Shown in pieces: positions 37,687-47,557 of a stretch of DNA of 64,000 nt (position 1 is the first letter of the stretch; each line of letters opens with the position of its first letter). The translations under genes and the position numbers were made by a program. The stretch spans positions 12,263 through 76,262 of the forward strand of contig JAHHSL010000003.1 in NCBI GenBank assembly GCA_020025235.1. Direction: 5' to 3'. The stretch is from Ruthenibacterium sp. GTDB lineage: Bacteria > Bacillota > Clostridia > Oscillospirales > Ruminococcaceae. The notes below the pieces were generated by a model. It was given only the letters and a program-made list of their open reading frames with translations, had not been told where the DNA came from and did not search any database.

Positions 37687-40557
37687 ATGGTTAAACAAAA
37701 ATATGATGTAACAGGGATGTCCTGTTCGGCGTGCAGCGCACATGTGGAAAAAGCAGTGCGCAAGCTGCCGGAAGTAAAAGAGGTGACCGTCAATCTGCTG
37801 ACAAACAGCATGGTGGTCGAAAGCGAGGCGCCGATCCGTCCGGATGAGATCATCGACGCCGTAACACAGGCGGGCTATGGCGCTTCGCAGGCGGGCGGCG
37901 ATGTGCCCGCTGCGGCAAAAAGCAGTGCGCCGCGCACAAATCCCATGGCGGAACAGCTGAAAAACATGAAAACGCGTCTGATCGTTTCATTCGCGTTCCT
38001 CATTCCGCTGATGTACATTTCCATGGGCAGCATGTTCGGCCTTCCGCAGCCGTCGTTCCTTACCGGACATGAAAATGCAGTTTCGTTTGCCATGACGCAG
38101 ATGATCCTGGCACTGCCGGTCATGTACATCAACCGCAAGTATTTTCAGGTCGGCTTCAAAACGCTGTTCCGCGGCAGCCCGAATATGGACAGCCTGATCG
38201 CGATCGGTTCTTCGGCTTCGCTGGTGTACGGCATCTTCGCCATATACCGCATGGGCTACGGCCTCGGCGTCGGGGATATGGCGCTGGTGGAACGGTATCA
38301 CCATGATCTTTATTTTGAATCGGCGGCGATGATCCTTGCCCTCATCACGCTGGGCAAATTCATGGAAACCAAGAGCAAGGGCAAGACGAGCGAAGCGATC
38401 ACCAAGCTTATGGATCTTGCACCGAAAACCGCGACCGTGGAGCGCGGCGGGCAGGAAAAGACGATCCCCGTTGAGGAGGTCGCGGCGGGAGACATCGTGA
38501 TCGTGCGTCCGGGACAGAGCGTTCCGGTGGACGGCGTCATCGTCGAAGGTACGACAAGCATTGATGAAGCGGCGATTACCGGAGAAAGCATCCCGGTTGA
38601 AAAGACGGTCGGCAGCAACGTGATCGCGGCGACCATCAATAAAGCGGGCTTTTTCAAATTCCGTGCAACCAAGGTCGGTTCGGATACGACACTGGCACAG
38701 ATCATCCGTCTGGTGGAGGATGCAAGCGCAAGCAAGGCGCCGATCGCCAAAATGGCGGATAAGATCTCCGGCGTGTTCGTTCCGGTGGTCATCTGCATTG
38801 CCGCGGCGGCAACCATCATCTGGCTGCTGCTTGGTCAGACGCCTGAATTTGCCATTTCGATCGGCATTTCGGTGCTGGTCATTTCCTGCCCGTGCGCACT
38901 GGGGCTTGCAACTCCGGTGGCTATCATGGTCGGCACCGGCAAGGGTGCGGAAAACGGCATCCTGATCAAATCGGGCGACGCACTGGAAACCGCGCACAAC
39001 GTCAATGCCATTGTACTGGATAAAACCGGCACGATCACCGAGGGCAGGCCGTCCGTTACCGATATCGTAACGGCGGAAGGCGTGTCGGAACGCGAGCTTG
39101 TGGAGCTTGCGGCGGGTCTTGAGCATCAGAGCGAGCATCCGCTGGCGCAGGCGGTTACCGAATATGCGCAGAACAGCGGCATTGCGCCGTGCGAAGTGAC
39201 GGATTTCAAGGCGGTGTTCGGCCGCGGCATTGAAGCCAAGCACAACGGACAGACCGTATTTGCCGGAAACGAAACGATGCTGTCCGAACGCGGCGTGCAG
39301 CTTGCCGCGAAAACCAAAGAGACGATCGACGCTTTGGCAAACGACGGCAAAACGCCGCTGATCTTCTGCCGCGGAACGCAGGTGGCCGGCATCATTGCGG
39401 CGGCGGATACTGTAAAGCCGTCCAGTATTGAAGCGATCCGCGAATTCAAACAGCTGGGCATTGACGTTACAATGCTCACAGGCGACAACCGCCGCACGGC
39501 AGAGGCGATCCGCAGGCAGCTGGATATCCCGCACGTCATTGCGGAGGTCCTGCCCCAGGAAAAGGAACAGCACGTTGCGGCGCTGCAAAAGCAGGGCAAA
39601 ACGGTTGCCATGGTCGGTGACGGCATCAACGATGCACCGGCACTGGCACGCGCCGATGTGGGTATTGCAATCGGCGCAGGCACGGATGTGGCGATCGAAA
39701 GCGCGGACGTCGTCCTGATGAAGAGCGACCTGCGGGACGCTGCCACGGCAGTGCGGCTTTCCAAATCGGTCATCCGCAATATCAAGCTCAGTTTGTTCTG
39801 GGCGTTCTTCTATAACACCGTGGGCATCCCGGTGGCAGCGGGTCTTTTGTACATCCCGTTCCATTTGAAGATGAACCCGATGCTCGGCGCGGCAGCCATG
39901 AGCCTTTCCAGCGTCTGCGTTGTTGCAAACGCGCTTCGTCTGAAGCGCTTCAAGGCAAACCACACGGATCTTCCGGCGGCACAGAACGGTACGCAGCATG
40001 CGGTAACGGTGGAAAAGTCTGTTCTGGAACAGGCGGCTGCACCGGCGCAGGAAAATACTGCGGCAGAAATGGTGCAGACGGCACCGAACGCCCCGGCAGA
40101 AAAAGAAGTGGTGCTCGGCATCGAAGGCATGATGTGCACAAAATGCAGCGGCCATGTGGATGCGGCACTGAACAGCATCGAAGGCGTGCAGGCAAAGGTG
40201 GATCTGGAAGGCAAAAAGGCCGTGTGCACACTGCCGCAGGGCATGGACACTGACGCGCTGAAAAAAGCAGTTGAAGACGCAGGTTATACTGTGGTATCAT
40301 TAAACGAAACAAACAAAACGAATACGGAGGAAACCAAAATGAAAACGATCACCCTGAATATTGAAGGAATGATGTGCCCGAAATGCAGCGGCCATGTGGA
40401 TGCAGCCCTGAACGCACTGGAAGGCGTCAGCGCAGTTGTCAGCCTGGAAAATAAGAACGCCGTGTGCACCGTGAAAGACACTGTCAGCGAAGAAGTGCTG
40501 AAAAAAGCAGTAGAGGACGCAGGCTATACGGTCGTATCCTCGGCAGTCAACGGCTGA
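37687..40557 (+). CDS. copA: Copper-translocating P1B-type ATPase with one N-terminal and two C-terminal HMA domains
   Basis: GMSCSAC, TGES, CPCALGLATP, DKTGT, SEHP, GDGINDAP, YN and MSLSS motifs; GMMCTKC and GMMCPKC. Confidence 0.95.
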   Translation: MVKQKYDVTGMSCSACSAHVEKAVRKLPEVKEVTVNLLTNSMVVESEAPIRPDEIIDAVTQAGYGASQAGGDVPAAAKSSAPRTNPMAEQLKNMKTRLIVSFAFLIPLMYISMGSMFGLPQPSFLTGHENAVSFAMTQMILALPVMYINRKYFQVGFKTLFRGSPNMDSLIAIGSSASLVYGIFAIYRMGYGLGVGDMALVERYHHDLYFESAAMILALITLGKFMETKSKGKTSEAITKLMDLAPKTATVERGGQEKTIPVEEVAAGDIVIVRPGQSVPVDGVIVEGTTSIDEAAITGESIPVEKTVGSNVIAATINKAGFFKFRATKVGSDTTLAQIIRLVEDASASKAPIAKMADKISGVFVPVVICIAAAATIIWLLLGQTPEFAISIGISVLVISCPCALGLATPVAIMVGTGKGAENGILIKSGDALETAHNVNAIVLDKTGTITEGRPSVTDIVTAEGVSERELVELAAGLEHQSEHPLAQAVTEYAQNSGIAPCEVTDFKAVFGRGIEAKHNGQTVFAGNETMLSERGVQLAAKTKETIDALANDGKTPLIFCRGTQVAGIIAAADTVKPSSIEAIREFKQLGIDVTMLTGDNRRTAEAIRRQLDIPHVIAEVLPQEKEQHVAALQKQGKTVAMVGDGINDAPALARADVGIAIGAGTDVAIESADVVLMKSDLRDAATAVRLSKSVIRNIKLSLFWAFFYNTVGIPVAAGLLYIPFHLKMNPMLGAAAMSLSSVCVVANALRLKRFKANHTDLPAAQNGTQHAVTVEKSVLEQAAAPAQENTAAEMVQTAPNAPAEKEVVLGIEGMMCTKCSGHVDAALNSIEGVQAKVDLEGKKAVCTLPQGMDTDALKKAVEDAGYTVVSLNETNKTNTEETKMKTITLNIEGMMCPKCSGHVDAALNALEGVSAVVSLENKNAVCTVKDTVSEEVLKKAVEDAGYTVVSSAVNG

Positions 40558-40558
40558 G

Positions 40559-40831
40559 ATGCGCGCGGATAAAAAAACAGTAACGCGCCTTCTGAAAACG
40601 GCACGCGGACAGATCGACGGCATCCTTGCCATGATCGAAGACGACCGTTACTGTATCGAAATTTCCAATCAGGTCATGGCAACGCAGTCCATTCTGGGCA
40701 AAGCCAATAAAGAAATCCTGAAAGCACACATCAAAGGATGCGTGCAGGAAGCATTTGAAAGCGGCGAAGAAGCGCAGCAGGAAGCGAAAATTGCAGAAGT
40801 GCTGGCGCTTGTGGATAAGCTGGGGCGCTGA
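40559..40831 (+). CDS. csoR: Copper-sensing repressor CsoR
   Basis: RLLKTARGQIDGILAMIEDDRYCIEISNQ...HIKGCV (Cys/His/Cys ligands). Confidence 0.9.
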   Translation: MRADKKTVTRLLKTARGQIDGILAMIEDDRYCIEISNQVMATQSILGKANKEILKAHIKGCVQEAFESGEEAQQEAKIAEVLALVDKLGR

Positions 40832-40832
40832 T

Positions 40833-41957
40833 ATGGAACAGAATCCGAAAAAAGAATATTGGAAAACAGTGTGGCAGCGCGATCGGAAAAAATACATCGC
40901 GCTGCCTGCGCTGTGCGTGCTGTTGGTGCTTTTCCGTCTGGTCACGCACAGCCGCGCGGCTTCGGATTTCGCTGTGCATTATATTGTGCAGCCGTATCAC
41001 CGCGTTATGGGATACCTGTGCGGCTTTCTGCCGTTTTCCGTGGCGGAAGTATTCTGGGCGGCGGTGGTCATTTTCTGCATCGTCTATGCCGTGCGCACGG
41101 TGGCGGGCATCATCCGCACAAAGGGCGGGCGTCTTGCTCTGCTGTGGCGCGCTGTGCTGACGTATGCCGTGCTGGTGCTGAGCATCTACACGGCATTCAC
41201 CGGCCTGTGGGGCCTGACGTATTATGCACAGACCTTTGAAGAAGCGGAAGGGCTGCATGCCGAGCCGATCTCTGTGGATCAGCTTGCAGAAGTGATGCAG
41301 CTGTTTGTGGATAAAATCAATGAAACCGCACCGCTGACACAGCATATCACGCCGGGAAAGCTGACCGGCAATACCCGCGCGATTTTGAAAGCTTCGGATA
41401 CAGTGTACGACCGGCTGGAACAGCAGTTCCCGTTTTTGGATGTGCCGGCAGTGAAGCCCAAGCCTGTTTTCTGTTCACGCGTTATGAGTGCGGTGAATTT
41501 TACGGGCTTTTTCTTCCCGTTCACCGGCGAAGCGAACATCAACGTCGATGCGCCCGAATGTCTGCTGCCCGCGACAGTGGCGCATGAGCTGGCGCATGTG
41601 CGCGGCATCGCACCGGAGCAGACGGCGAATTTTGCCGCGATCCTTGCCTGCGATACCTGCGGGGACCCGATGTATGCATATTCCGGATATCTTTTGGGAT
41701 ACATCCACCTTTCCAATGCACTGTACGGCGCTTCGCCCGAACGGTGGAAACCGATCGCGCAGCAGCTGTGCGATACGGCAAAAGCCGATCTGCATGCCAA
41801 TAACGAATACTGGCGGCAGTTTGAATCGCCGGTTTCTACCGCAGCGGAAAGCACCTATTCGGGTTTTCTGCAAAGCTATGACCAGACGCTGGGCATCAAA
41901 AGCTACGGCGCGGTGGTCGATCTGCTGGTGGCTTATTACGGCAAAACCGAAAAATGA
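40833..41957 (+). CDS. DUF3810-family membrane protein with an HExxH motif
   Basis: LPFSVAE, GFFFPFTGEANIN, HELAH, SYGAVVDLLVAYY. Confidence 0.85.
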   Translation: MEQNPKKEYWKTVWQRDRKKYIALPALCVLLVLFRLVTHSRAASDFAVHYIVQPYHRVMGYLCGFLPFSVAEVFWAAVVIFCIVYAVRTVAGIIRTKGGRLALLWRAVLTYAVLVLSIYTAFTGLWGLTYYAQTFEEAEGLHAEPISVDQLAEVMQLFVDKINETAPLTQHITPGKLTGNTRAILKASDTVYDRLEQQFPFLDVPAVKPKPVFCSRVMSAVNFTGFFFPFTGEANINVDAPECLLPATVAHELAHVRGIAPEQTANFAAILACDTCGDPMYAYSGYLLGYIHLSNALYGASPERWKPIAQQLCDTAKADLHANNEYWRQFESPVSTAAESTYSGFLQSYDQTLGIKSYGAVVDLLVAYYGKTEK

Positions 41958-41964
41958 ATCGCAG

Positions 41965-42007
41965 AAAAAATGCCCCGGAAACGGATCTGCCGTTTCCGGG
42001 GCATTTT
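41965..42007. terminator. Bidirectional terminator
   Basis: AAAATGCCCCGGAAACGG-atctg-CCGTTTCCGGGGCATTTT. Confidence 0.85.
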
Positions 42008-42019
42008 GTATGGTCTTGA

Positions 42020-42643
42020 TTAGTCCCCACAGGTGCAGCTGCCGGATTTTTCGGCAAAAAACTTTTTGCGCTCTGCAAAATAGCACTGGGCACACAGGGA
42101 TTCATATTCCACGTTGTTTTCCATGTCGATGGCGACCTGCGCGCCTTCAAAGACAAATTTGCCGTTGATCTTGCGTCCGTTGAAAATCGCTTTGCGTCCG
42201 CAGTGGCAGATGGTTTTCATCTCCTCGATATTGTGCGCAAGCTCCAAAAGCCGGGTGGAACCGGGAAAGCCCTTCAGCGAAAAATCGGCGCGCAGACCGT
42301 AGCTGATGACAGGGATATCCAATTCCACGGTCACCATGAAAAGCTGTTCCGCCTGTTCGGGCGTGAAAAACTGGCTTTCGTCCGTCAGGATGCAGGCAGG
42401 CGCGCCGTTTGCCGCAGCATCGCGGCGCACACATTCCAGGATATCCAGTTCGGGGCCGACCGCGACATCGACGGTGCGTTCCACACCCAGACGGGAAACC
42501 AGCTTTTCCCCGCCTTTGGTGTCGATCGAGGGCTTCATGATCAAAACGCGCATGCCGCGCTCTTCGTAATTATGGGCCACCTGCATCAGCGCCGTGCTTT
42601 TGCCGCTGTTCATAGCGCCGTAGCGGAAGTATAATTTTGCCAT
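42020..42643 (-). CDS. tdk: Thymidine kinase
   Basis: MAKLYFRYGAMNSGKST, DESQF, YGLRADF, KTICHCGRKA. Confidence 0.96.
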   Translation of the reverse strand: MAKLYFRYGAMNSGKSTALMQVAHNYEERGMRVLIMKPSIDTKGGEKLVSRLGVERTVDVAVGPELDILECVRRDAAANGAPACILTDESQFFTPEQAEQLFMVTVELDIPVISYGLRADFSLKGFPGSTRLLELAHNIEEMKTICHCGRKAIFNGRKINGKFVFEGAQVAIDMENNVEYESLCAQCYFAERKKFFAEKSGSCTCGD

Positions 42644-42663
42644 TTTACTGCTTCATTCCTTTA

Positions 42664-43308
42664 TCAGTGATCGTTGCGCATCAGGTAGCCAAGGCTCATC
42701 AGGCTGTCGCCGAGATGAACGTTTTCTACCGTGATATCGTCGTATTCGACGGAAAGGTCATAGTGGCTGAAGTTCCAGTAGCCTTTGACGCCGGCTTCCA
42801 CAAGCGTCGGTGCAACCGCCTGTGCGCCGGAGCGCGGAATACACAGCACGGCAACGTCAGGCTGATGCTCTTTGCAGAAATCGGAAAGCTCTGCCACATC
42901 GCGCACGATCACACCGGGCAGGATCTCGCGTCCGATTTCCGCGGGGCTTTTGTCAAATGCCGCCATAAGGTGATAGCCGCGCGCTTCCGAAGAAAGATAG
43001 CCGGAAATGGCGCGTCCCAGACGGCCGGTGCCGATCAGCACGGCGTCCAGCGTGCGTTCGCTGAACAGAAGCTTTGAAATTTCGGACAAAAGCACATCGA
43101 CATGATATCCGATGCCCTGCTGGCCGAAGCCGCCGAAGCAGTTCAGATCCTGGCGCACCTGCGACGCAGTCGTGCCCATCATGTGGGCAAGCTCGCTGGA
43201 GGAGATTTTGACAATACCGTTCTTGTGCATATCCGAAATATAGCGGTAATACTTCGGCAGACGCTTGATGACGGGAAGGGATACTTTATTGGGAGACTGA
43301 GAGGCCAT
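42664..43308 (-). CDS. rex: Redox-sensing transcriptional repressor Rex
   Basis: KRLPKYYRY, ISSSELA, SQVRQDLNCFGGFGQQGIGY, Rossmann GTGRLG, WNFS. Confidence 0.93.
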   Translation of the reverse strand: MASQSPNKVSLPVIKRLPKYYRYISDMHKNGIVKISSSELAHMMGTTASQVRQDLNCFGGFGQQGIGYHVDVLLSEISKLLFSERTLDAVLIGTGRLGRAISGYLSSEARGYHLMAAFDKSPAEIGREILPGVIVRDVAELSDFCKEHQPDVAVLCIPRSGAQAVAPTLVEAGVKGYWNFSHYDLSVEYDDITVENVHLGDSLMSLGYLMRNDH

Positions 43309-43337
43309 TCGTTACACCAACCTTTAAAAATGCTAGA

Positions 43338-44495
43338 TTACAGAGATTCGATCGTGCGCATGACATAATCGCCGAATTCGCTGCAGGTGCACCCGGTGTC
43401 ACGTCCGGTTACGGTCAGTGCCTTTTCGGTGAACATGCACTTGTCCAGTGCGGCGGTCAGCAGATCTGCCTTTTCCTGATATCCGATGTGGGAAAGCAGC
43501 ATGACCGATGCACGCAGCATGCTGCACGGATCGGCATACTGGGCGCGTCCTTCGCGCACCATGCGCGGGGCAGAGCCGTGGATCGCTTCAAACATGGCAT
43601 AGCGCTTGCCGATGTTGCCGCTGCCCGCCGTGCCGACGCCGCCCTGAAATTCCGCAGCTTCGTCCGTGATGATATCGCCGTACAGGTTCGGCAGGATAAA
43701 CACCTGAAAATCGCGCCGGCGCTTGGGGTCGACAAGCTTTGCGGTCATGATGTCGATGAACCAGTCATCGGTGGAAATTTCGGGGTATTTTGCGCCGACT
43801 GCACGGCACAGGTCCAGGAATTTGCCGTCCGTAGCCTTGATGATGTTTGCCTTTGTCACGATCGACACATGATCTTTGTGATTCTTCTTTGCAAAATCGT
43901 ACGCAAGCTCGGCAATGCGCTGTGTGCCGTCCGTTGTGGTAATGGTGAAATCGACCGAAATGCCGTCCTCGGTTTCAAAGCCGCAGCTGCCCAGTGTATA
44001 GGCGCCCTCGGTGTTTTCACGGAAGAAGGTCCAGTCGATGCCTTCCTCCGGCACCTTGACGGGGCGGACGTTGGCAAACAGATCCAGTTCCTTGCGCATG
44101 GCGACGTTTGCGCTTTCGATGTTGGGCCATTCGTCACCGGCGTGCGGTGTGGTGGTCGGCCCTTTCAGGATGACGTGGCAGGCTTTCAGCTGTGCCAGAA
44201 CATCATCGGGGATCGCCTGCATATGTGCGGCGCGGTTTTCGATCGTAAGACCGTCGATATTTTTGAAAACGATTTTGCCGGATTTTACTTCGTCGTTCAG
44301 CAGAAAACGCAGGACACGCTCTGCTTCATGCGTAATGGTCGGGCCGATGCCGTCGCCGCCGCACACGCCGATGATGATCTGATCCAGTGCTGCGTAATCA
44401 ATAAAATCGCCCTGTGCACGCATTGCTGCGACACGCTTTTTCTGTGCTTCGATCAGGTTGCCGAAACGCTCTTTTGCAGATTGAATATTTTCCAC
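43338..44495 (-). CDS. icd: Isocitrate/isopropylmalate-family dehydrogenase, probably isocitrate dehydrogenase
   Basis: GDGIGP, LKGPTTTP, SANVAMRKELDLFANVRP, RENTEG, NLYGDI, FEAIHGSAP; follows aconitase. Confidence 0.75.
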   Translation of the reverse strand: MENIQSAKERFGNLIEAQKKRVAAMRAQGDFIDYAALDQIIIGVCGGDGIGPTITHEAERVLRFLLNDEVKSGKIVFKNIDGLTIENRAAHMQAIPDDVLAQLKACHVILKGPTTTPHAGDEWPNIESANVAMRKELDLFANVRPVKVPEEGIDWTFFRENTEGAYTLGSCGFETEDGISVDFTITTTDGTQRIAELAYDFAKKNHKDHVSIVTKANIIKATDGKFLDLCRAVGAKYPEISTDDWFIDIMTAKLVDPKRRRDFQVFILPNLYGDIITDEAAEFQGGVGTAGSGNIGKRYAMFEAIHGSAPRMVREGRAQYADPCSMLRASVMLLSHIGYQEKADLLTAALDKCMFTEKALTVTGRDTGCTCSEFGDYVMRTIESL

Positions 44496-44556
44496 TGTTT
44501 TCCCTCCGTTTGGTTCAAATTGATATGCCGCGTCAGGAATGGCACGACTTGTCGGA

Positions 44557-46488
44557 TTATCGGTTCTTTTCGCGGGTGTAGTTGAGCAGACCGCCCGCGC
44601 GGATGATATCGGCCTGACGGCTGCTGATATCGCAGCGCAGGCAGAACGTGCGGCCGGTCGTCTGATTGGTAAGCGTCACACGGCCGTTCTGCACACCTTC
44701 GTCGATGCCGCAAAGAACAAGCGTATCACCCAGCGATACGGCTTCGTAATCGGCGGGGTCTTCAAATTCAAGCGGCAGGATGCCGGCGTTGACAAGGTTC
44801 GCCTTGTGGATGCGGGCAAAGCTGACGGCGATGACGGCGCGGATGCCAAGATACAGCGGAACCAGCGCCGCATGCTCGCGGCTCGAGCCCTGGCCGTAGT
44901 TTGCACCGCCCACGATGAAGCCGCCGTCGGCAGCCTTTGCGCGCGCGGGGAAATCCGGATCGCACACCTCAAAGCAGAACTGCGAAAGGTGCGGGATGTT
45001 GCTGCGGTACGGCAGGATCTTGCTGCCGGCGGGCATGATGTGGTCGGTGGTGATATTGTCGCCCACTTTCAGAAGGCACGGCAGCGTCATGGTATCGGTA
45101 AGCGGCTGTGCCTGCGGCAGGGGCTTGATGTTCGGCCCGCGCAGGACTTCGACGCTTTCGTATTCATCCGCAGAGGCCGGCAAATCGATCATGTTGTCGT
45201 TGATCGGGAAGGCTTCGGGCATCGGGACAGGCTCGAATGTGCCGAGCGTCGTCGGGTCGGTGATGAAGCCCGTCAGGCAGCTTGCAGCCGCCGTTTCGGG
45301 GCTGACGAGATAGACGCCGGCATCGCGCGTGCCGCTGCGGCCTTCAAAGTTGCGGTTGAACGTGCGCAGCGAAACGCCCGCGGAATTGGGGCTCTGCCCC
45401 ATGCCGATGCACGGGCCGCATGCGCTTTCCAGAATGCGCGCGCCCGCATTGAGCAGCGTTGTCAGCGCGCCGTTTGCGCTGAGCATCGAAAGCACCTGAC
45501 GGCTGCCGGGTGCAATGACAAGGCTGACGTCGGGGCAGACGGTTTTATCCTTTAAAATAGCGGCGACCGCCATTAGATCGGTATAGCTGGAATTGGTGCA
45601 GCTGCCGATGCAGACCTGATCGACCTTCGTCATCGAAAGGCTGCGCACCGTGCGCACGTTATCCGGGCTGTGCGGGCACGCTGCAAGCGGTGCCAGGGCG
45701 GAAAGATCGATGTCGATCACTTCGTCATACACGGCGTCGGCGTCGGCGCAAAGCGGAATGTAATCTTCTTCGCGTCCCTGTGCTTTCAGGAAAGCGCGCG
45801 TCACTTCATCGCTGGGGAAGATCGAGGTGGTTGCGCCAAGTTCGGCACCCATATTGGTGATGGTGGCGCGCTGCGGGACGGTGAGCGTTTTAACGCCTTC
45901 GCCGCCGTACTCCACGATCTTGCCTACGCCGCCCTTGACGCTCAGGATGCGCAGCACTTCCAGAATGATGTCCTTGGCGCTGACCATGGGGCGCAGCGCA
46001 CCGGAAAGCCGCACAAGGACAGATTTCGGATAGGGGATATAATACGCGCCGCCGCCCATGGCAACTGCGACGTCAAGACCGCCCGCACCAATGGCAAGGC
46101 AGCCGATGCCGCCTGCGGTGGGCGTGTGGCTGTCCGAGCCGATGAGTGTTTTGCCCGGGCGCGCAAAGCGTTCCAGATGCACCTGGTGGCAGATGCCGTT
46201 GCCGGGGCGGGAATAGCGCACGCCGATCTTTTTGGCAACGGTGCGGATGAACCGGTGGTCGTCCGCATTCATAAACCCGTTCTGCAGGGTGTTGTGATCG
46301 ATATATGCAACAGAGAGCTCAGTTCGTACGCGGGGGATGCCCATGGCCTCAAATTCCAGATAAGCCATTGTACCGGTTGCGTCCTGGGTCAGTGTCTGGT
46401 CAATTCGCAGGCCGACTTCACAGCCCGGCTGCGGGGTGCCGTCAACCAGATGTGCGGCGATGATCTTTTGTGCGATAGTCTGTCCCAT
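44557..46488 (-). CDS. Aconitate hydratase (short type)
   Basis: TQDATGT, GICHQVH, GSDSHT, GSCTN, CGPCIG, FNRNFEGR, NITTDHI, YGQGSSREHAA. Confidence 0.93.
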   Translation of the reverse strand: MGQTIAQKIIAAHLVDGTPQPGCEVGLRIDQTLTQDATGTMAYLEFEAMGIPRVRTELSVAYIDHNTLQNGFMNADDHRFIRTVAKKIGVRYSRPGNGICHQVHLERFARPGKTLIGSDSHTPTAGGIGCLAIGAGGLDVAVAMGGGAYYIPYPKSVLVRLSGALRPMVSAKDIILEVLRILSVKGGVGKIVEYGGEGVKTLTVPQRATITNMGAELGATTSIFPSDEVTRAFLKAQGREEDYIPLCADADAVYDEVIDIDLSALAPLAACPHSPDNVRTVRSLSMTKVDQVCIGSCTNSSYTDLMAVAAILKDKTVCPDVSLVIAPGSRQVLSMLSANGALTTLLNAGARILESACGPCIGMGQSPNSAGVSLRTFNRNFEGRSGTRDAGVYLVSPETAAASCLTGFITDPTTLGTFEPVPMPEAFPINDNMIDLPASADEYESVEVLRGPNIKPLPQAQPLTDTMTLPCLLKVGDNITTDHIMPAGSKILPYRSNIPHLSQFCFEVCDPDFPARAKAADGGFIVGGANYGQGSSREHAALVPLYLGIRAVIAVSFARIHKANLVNAGILPLEFEDPADYEAVSLGDTLVLCGIDEGVQNGRVTLTNQTTGRTFCLRCDISSRQADIIRAGGLLNYTREKNR

Positions 46489-46557
46489 TTCAGTCTCCTT
46501 TCAGGCATTGCGTACACGATGCCTTGCGCATAGCATTATTATAATAAAACACTATTT

Positions 46558-46586
46558 ATAATACGCGGCTGATAAGTTTTTGTCAA
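46558..46586 (-). promoter_or_regulatory. Sigma-A promoter for the aconitase-icd-rex-tdk operon
   Basis: TTGACA-N17-TATTAT on the minus strand. Confidence 0.7.
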
Positions 46587-46685
46587 TGAAAGACACTGCA
46601 TTTGAATCGGTAAAAATGTGTATGTTTTTGGAAATAAAAGCGGACGTTTTGGGGAACGATAAACAAAAACGAAAGGCGGATGACC

Positions 46686-47417
46686 ATGAAACAGGAAAAA
46701 ACAAAGCAGATGCAGCAAACAGATGAGCAGGACGAGGCAGAAACCGAAAAGCTTCGGCTGGAAAAGGAGTATATGATGGAAACGGGATCGGTGCTGCGCA
46801 CAAAGGGGCGGCATGCGATCCACTGTCTGACGGTGATCGGGCAGGTGGAGGGTCATTCCATTGCGCCGCAATCGCAGAAAACGACCAAGTACGAGCATGT
46901 GATCCCGCAGCTTGTCAGTGTGGAGGAAGACCCCGAGGTGGAAGGCCTGCTGGTGATCTTGAATACGGTGGGCGGCGACGTGGAGGCGGGGCTGGCGCTG
47001 GCAGAGCTCATCAGCGGCATCACAAAGCCAAGCGCGGCACTCGTTCTGGGCGGCGGCCATTCGATCGGTATCCCGCTTGCGGTATCCGCGCGGCGCAGCT
47101 TCATTGTGCCCACGGCGACGATGACGGTGCATCCGGTGCGCCATTCGGGCATGGTGCTGGGCGTGCCGCAGACGATGCGATATTTCGAGCAGATGCAAAA
47201 GCGCATCAGCAGCTTTGTCGCGGGACATTCGCACATTACGGAGGAACGCTTTGAACAGCTGATGCTGCACACCGGAGAGCTTGTCATGGATATGGGAAGC
47301 GTGCTGGACGGGCAGACGGCGGTGCGCGAAGGGCTGATCGACGAGCTGGGCGGACTGGGGGATGCACTGCGTTATCTGTACCATGAAATCGAAGCAAAGG
47401 GAAAAAGCGGGAAATAA
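46686..47417 (+). CDS. tepA: ClpP-like translocation-enhancing protein TepA
   Basis: IGQVEGH...KTTKYEHVIPQL, LNTVGGDVEAGLA, LVLGGGHSIG, MTVHPVR; upstream of ftsK/spoIIIE. Confidence 0.9.
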   Translation: MKQEKTKQMQQTDEQDEAETEKLRLEKEYMMETGSVLRTKGRHAIHCLTVIGQVEGHSIAPQSQKTTKYEHVIPQLVSVEEDPEVEGLLVILNTVGGDVEAGLALAELISGITKPSAALVLGGGHSIGIPLAVSARRSFIVPTATMTVHPVRHSGMVLGVPQTMRYFEQMQKRISSFVAGHSHITEERFEQLMLHTGELVMDMGSVLDGQTAVREGLIDELGGLGDALRYLYHEIEAKGKSGK

Positions 47418-47557
47418 GGGAAAGACGCTGGAAACGTTTTACAAGCGCGGCGATTGGTGCTACAATATAACAGTATATGTATGCGGCAAAGCAGACAGAA
47501 AAATCATTCCGGTGCGCAGACAGTGCACCGGGTACTTACAGGGGTAGCGAATCAGGT

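Noticed and set aside
46631..46662. Forespore sigma-F/G promoter for tepA
   Set aside because: Only a partial consensus match (AAATA-N15-GGGAACGATA); too weak to call
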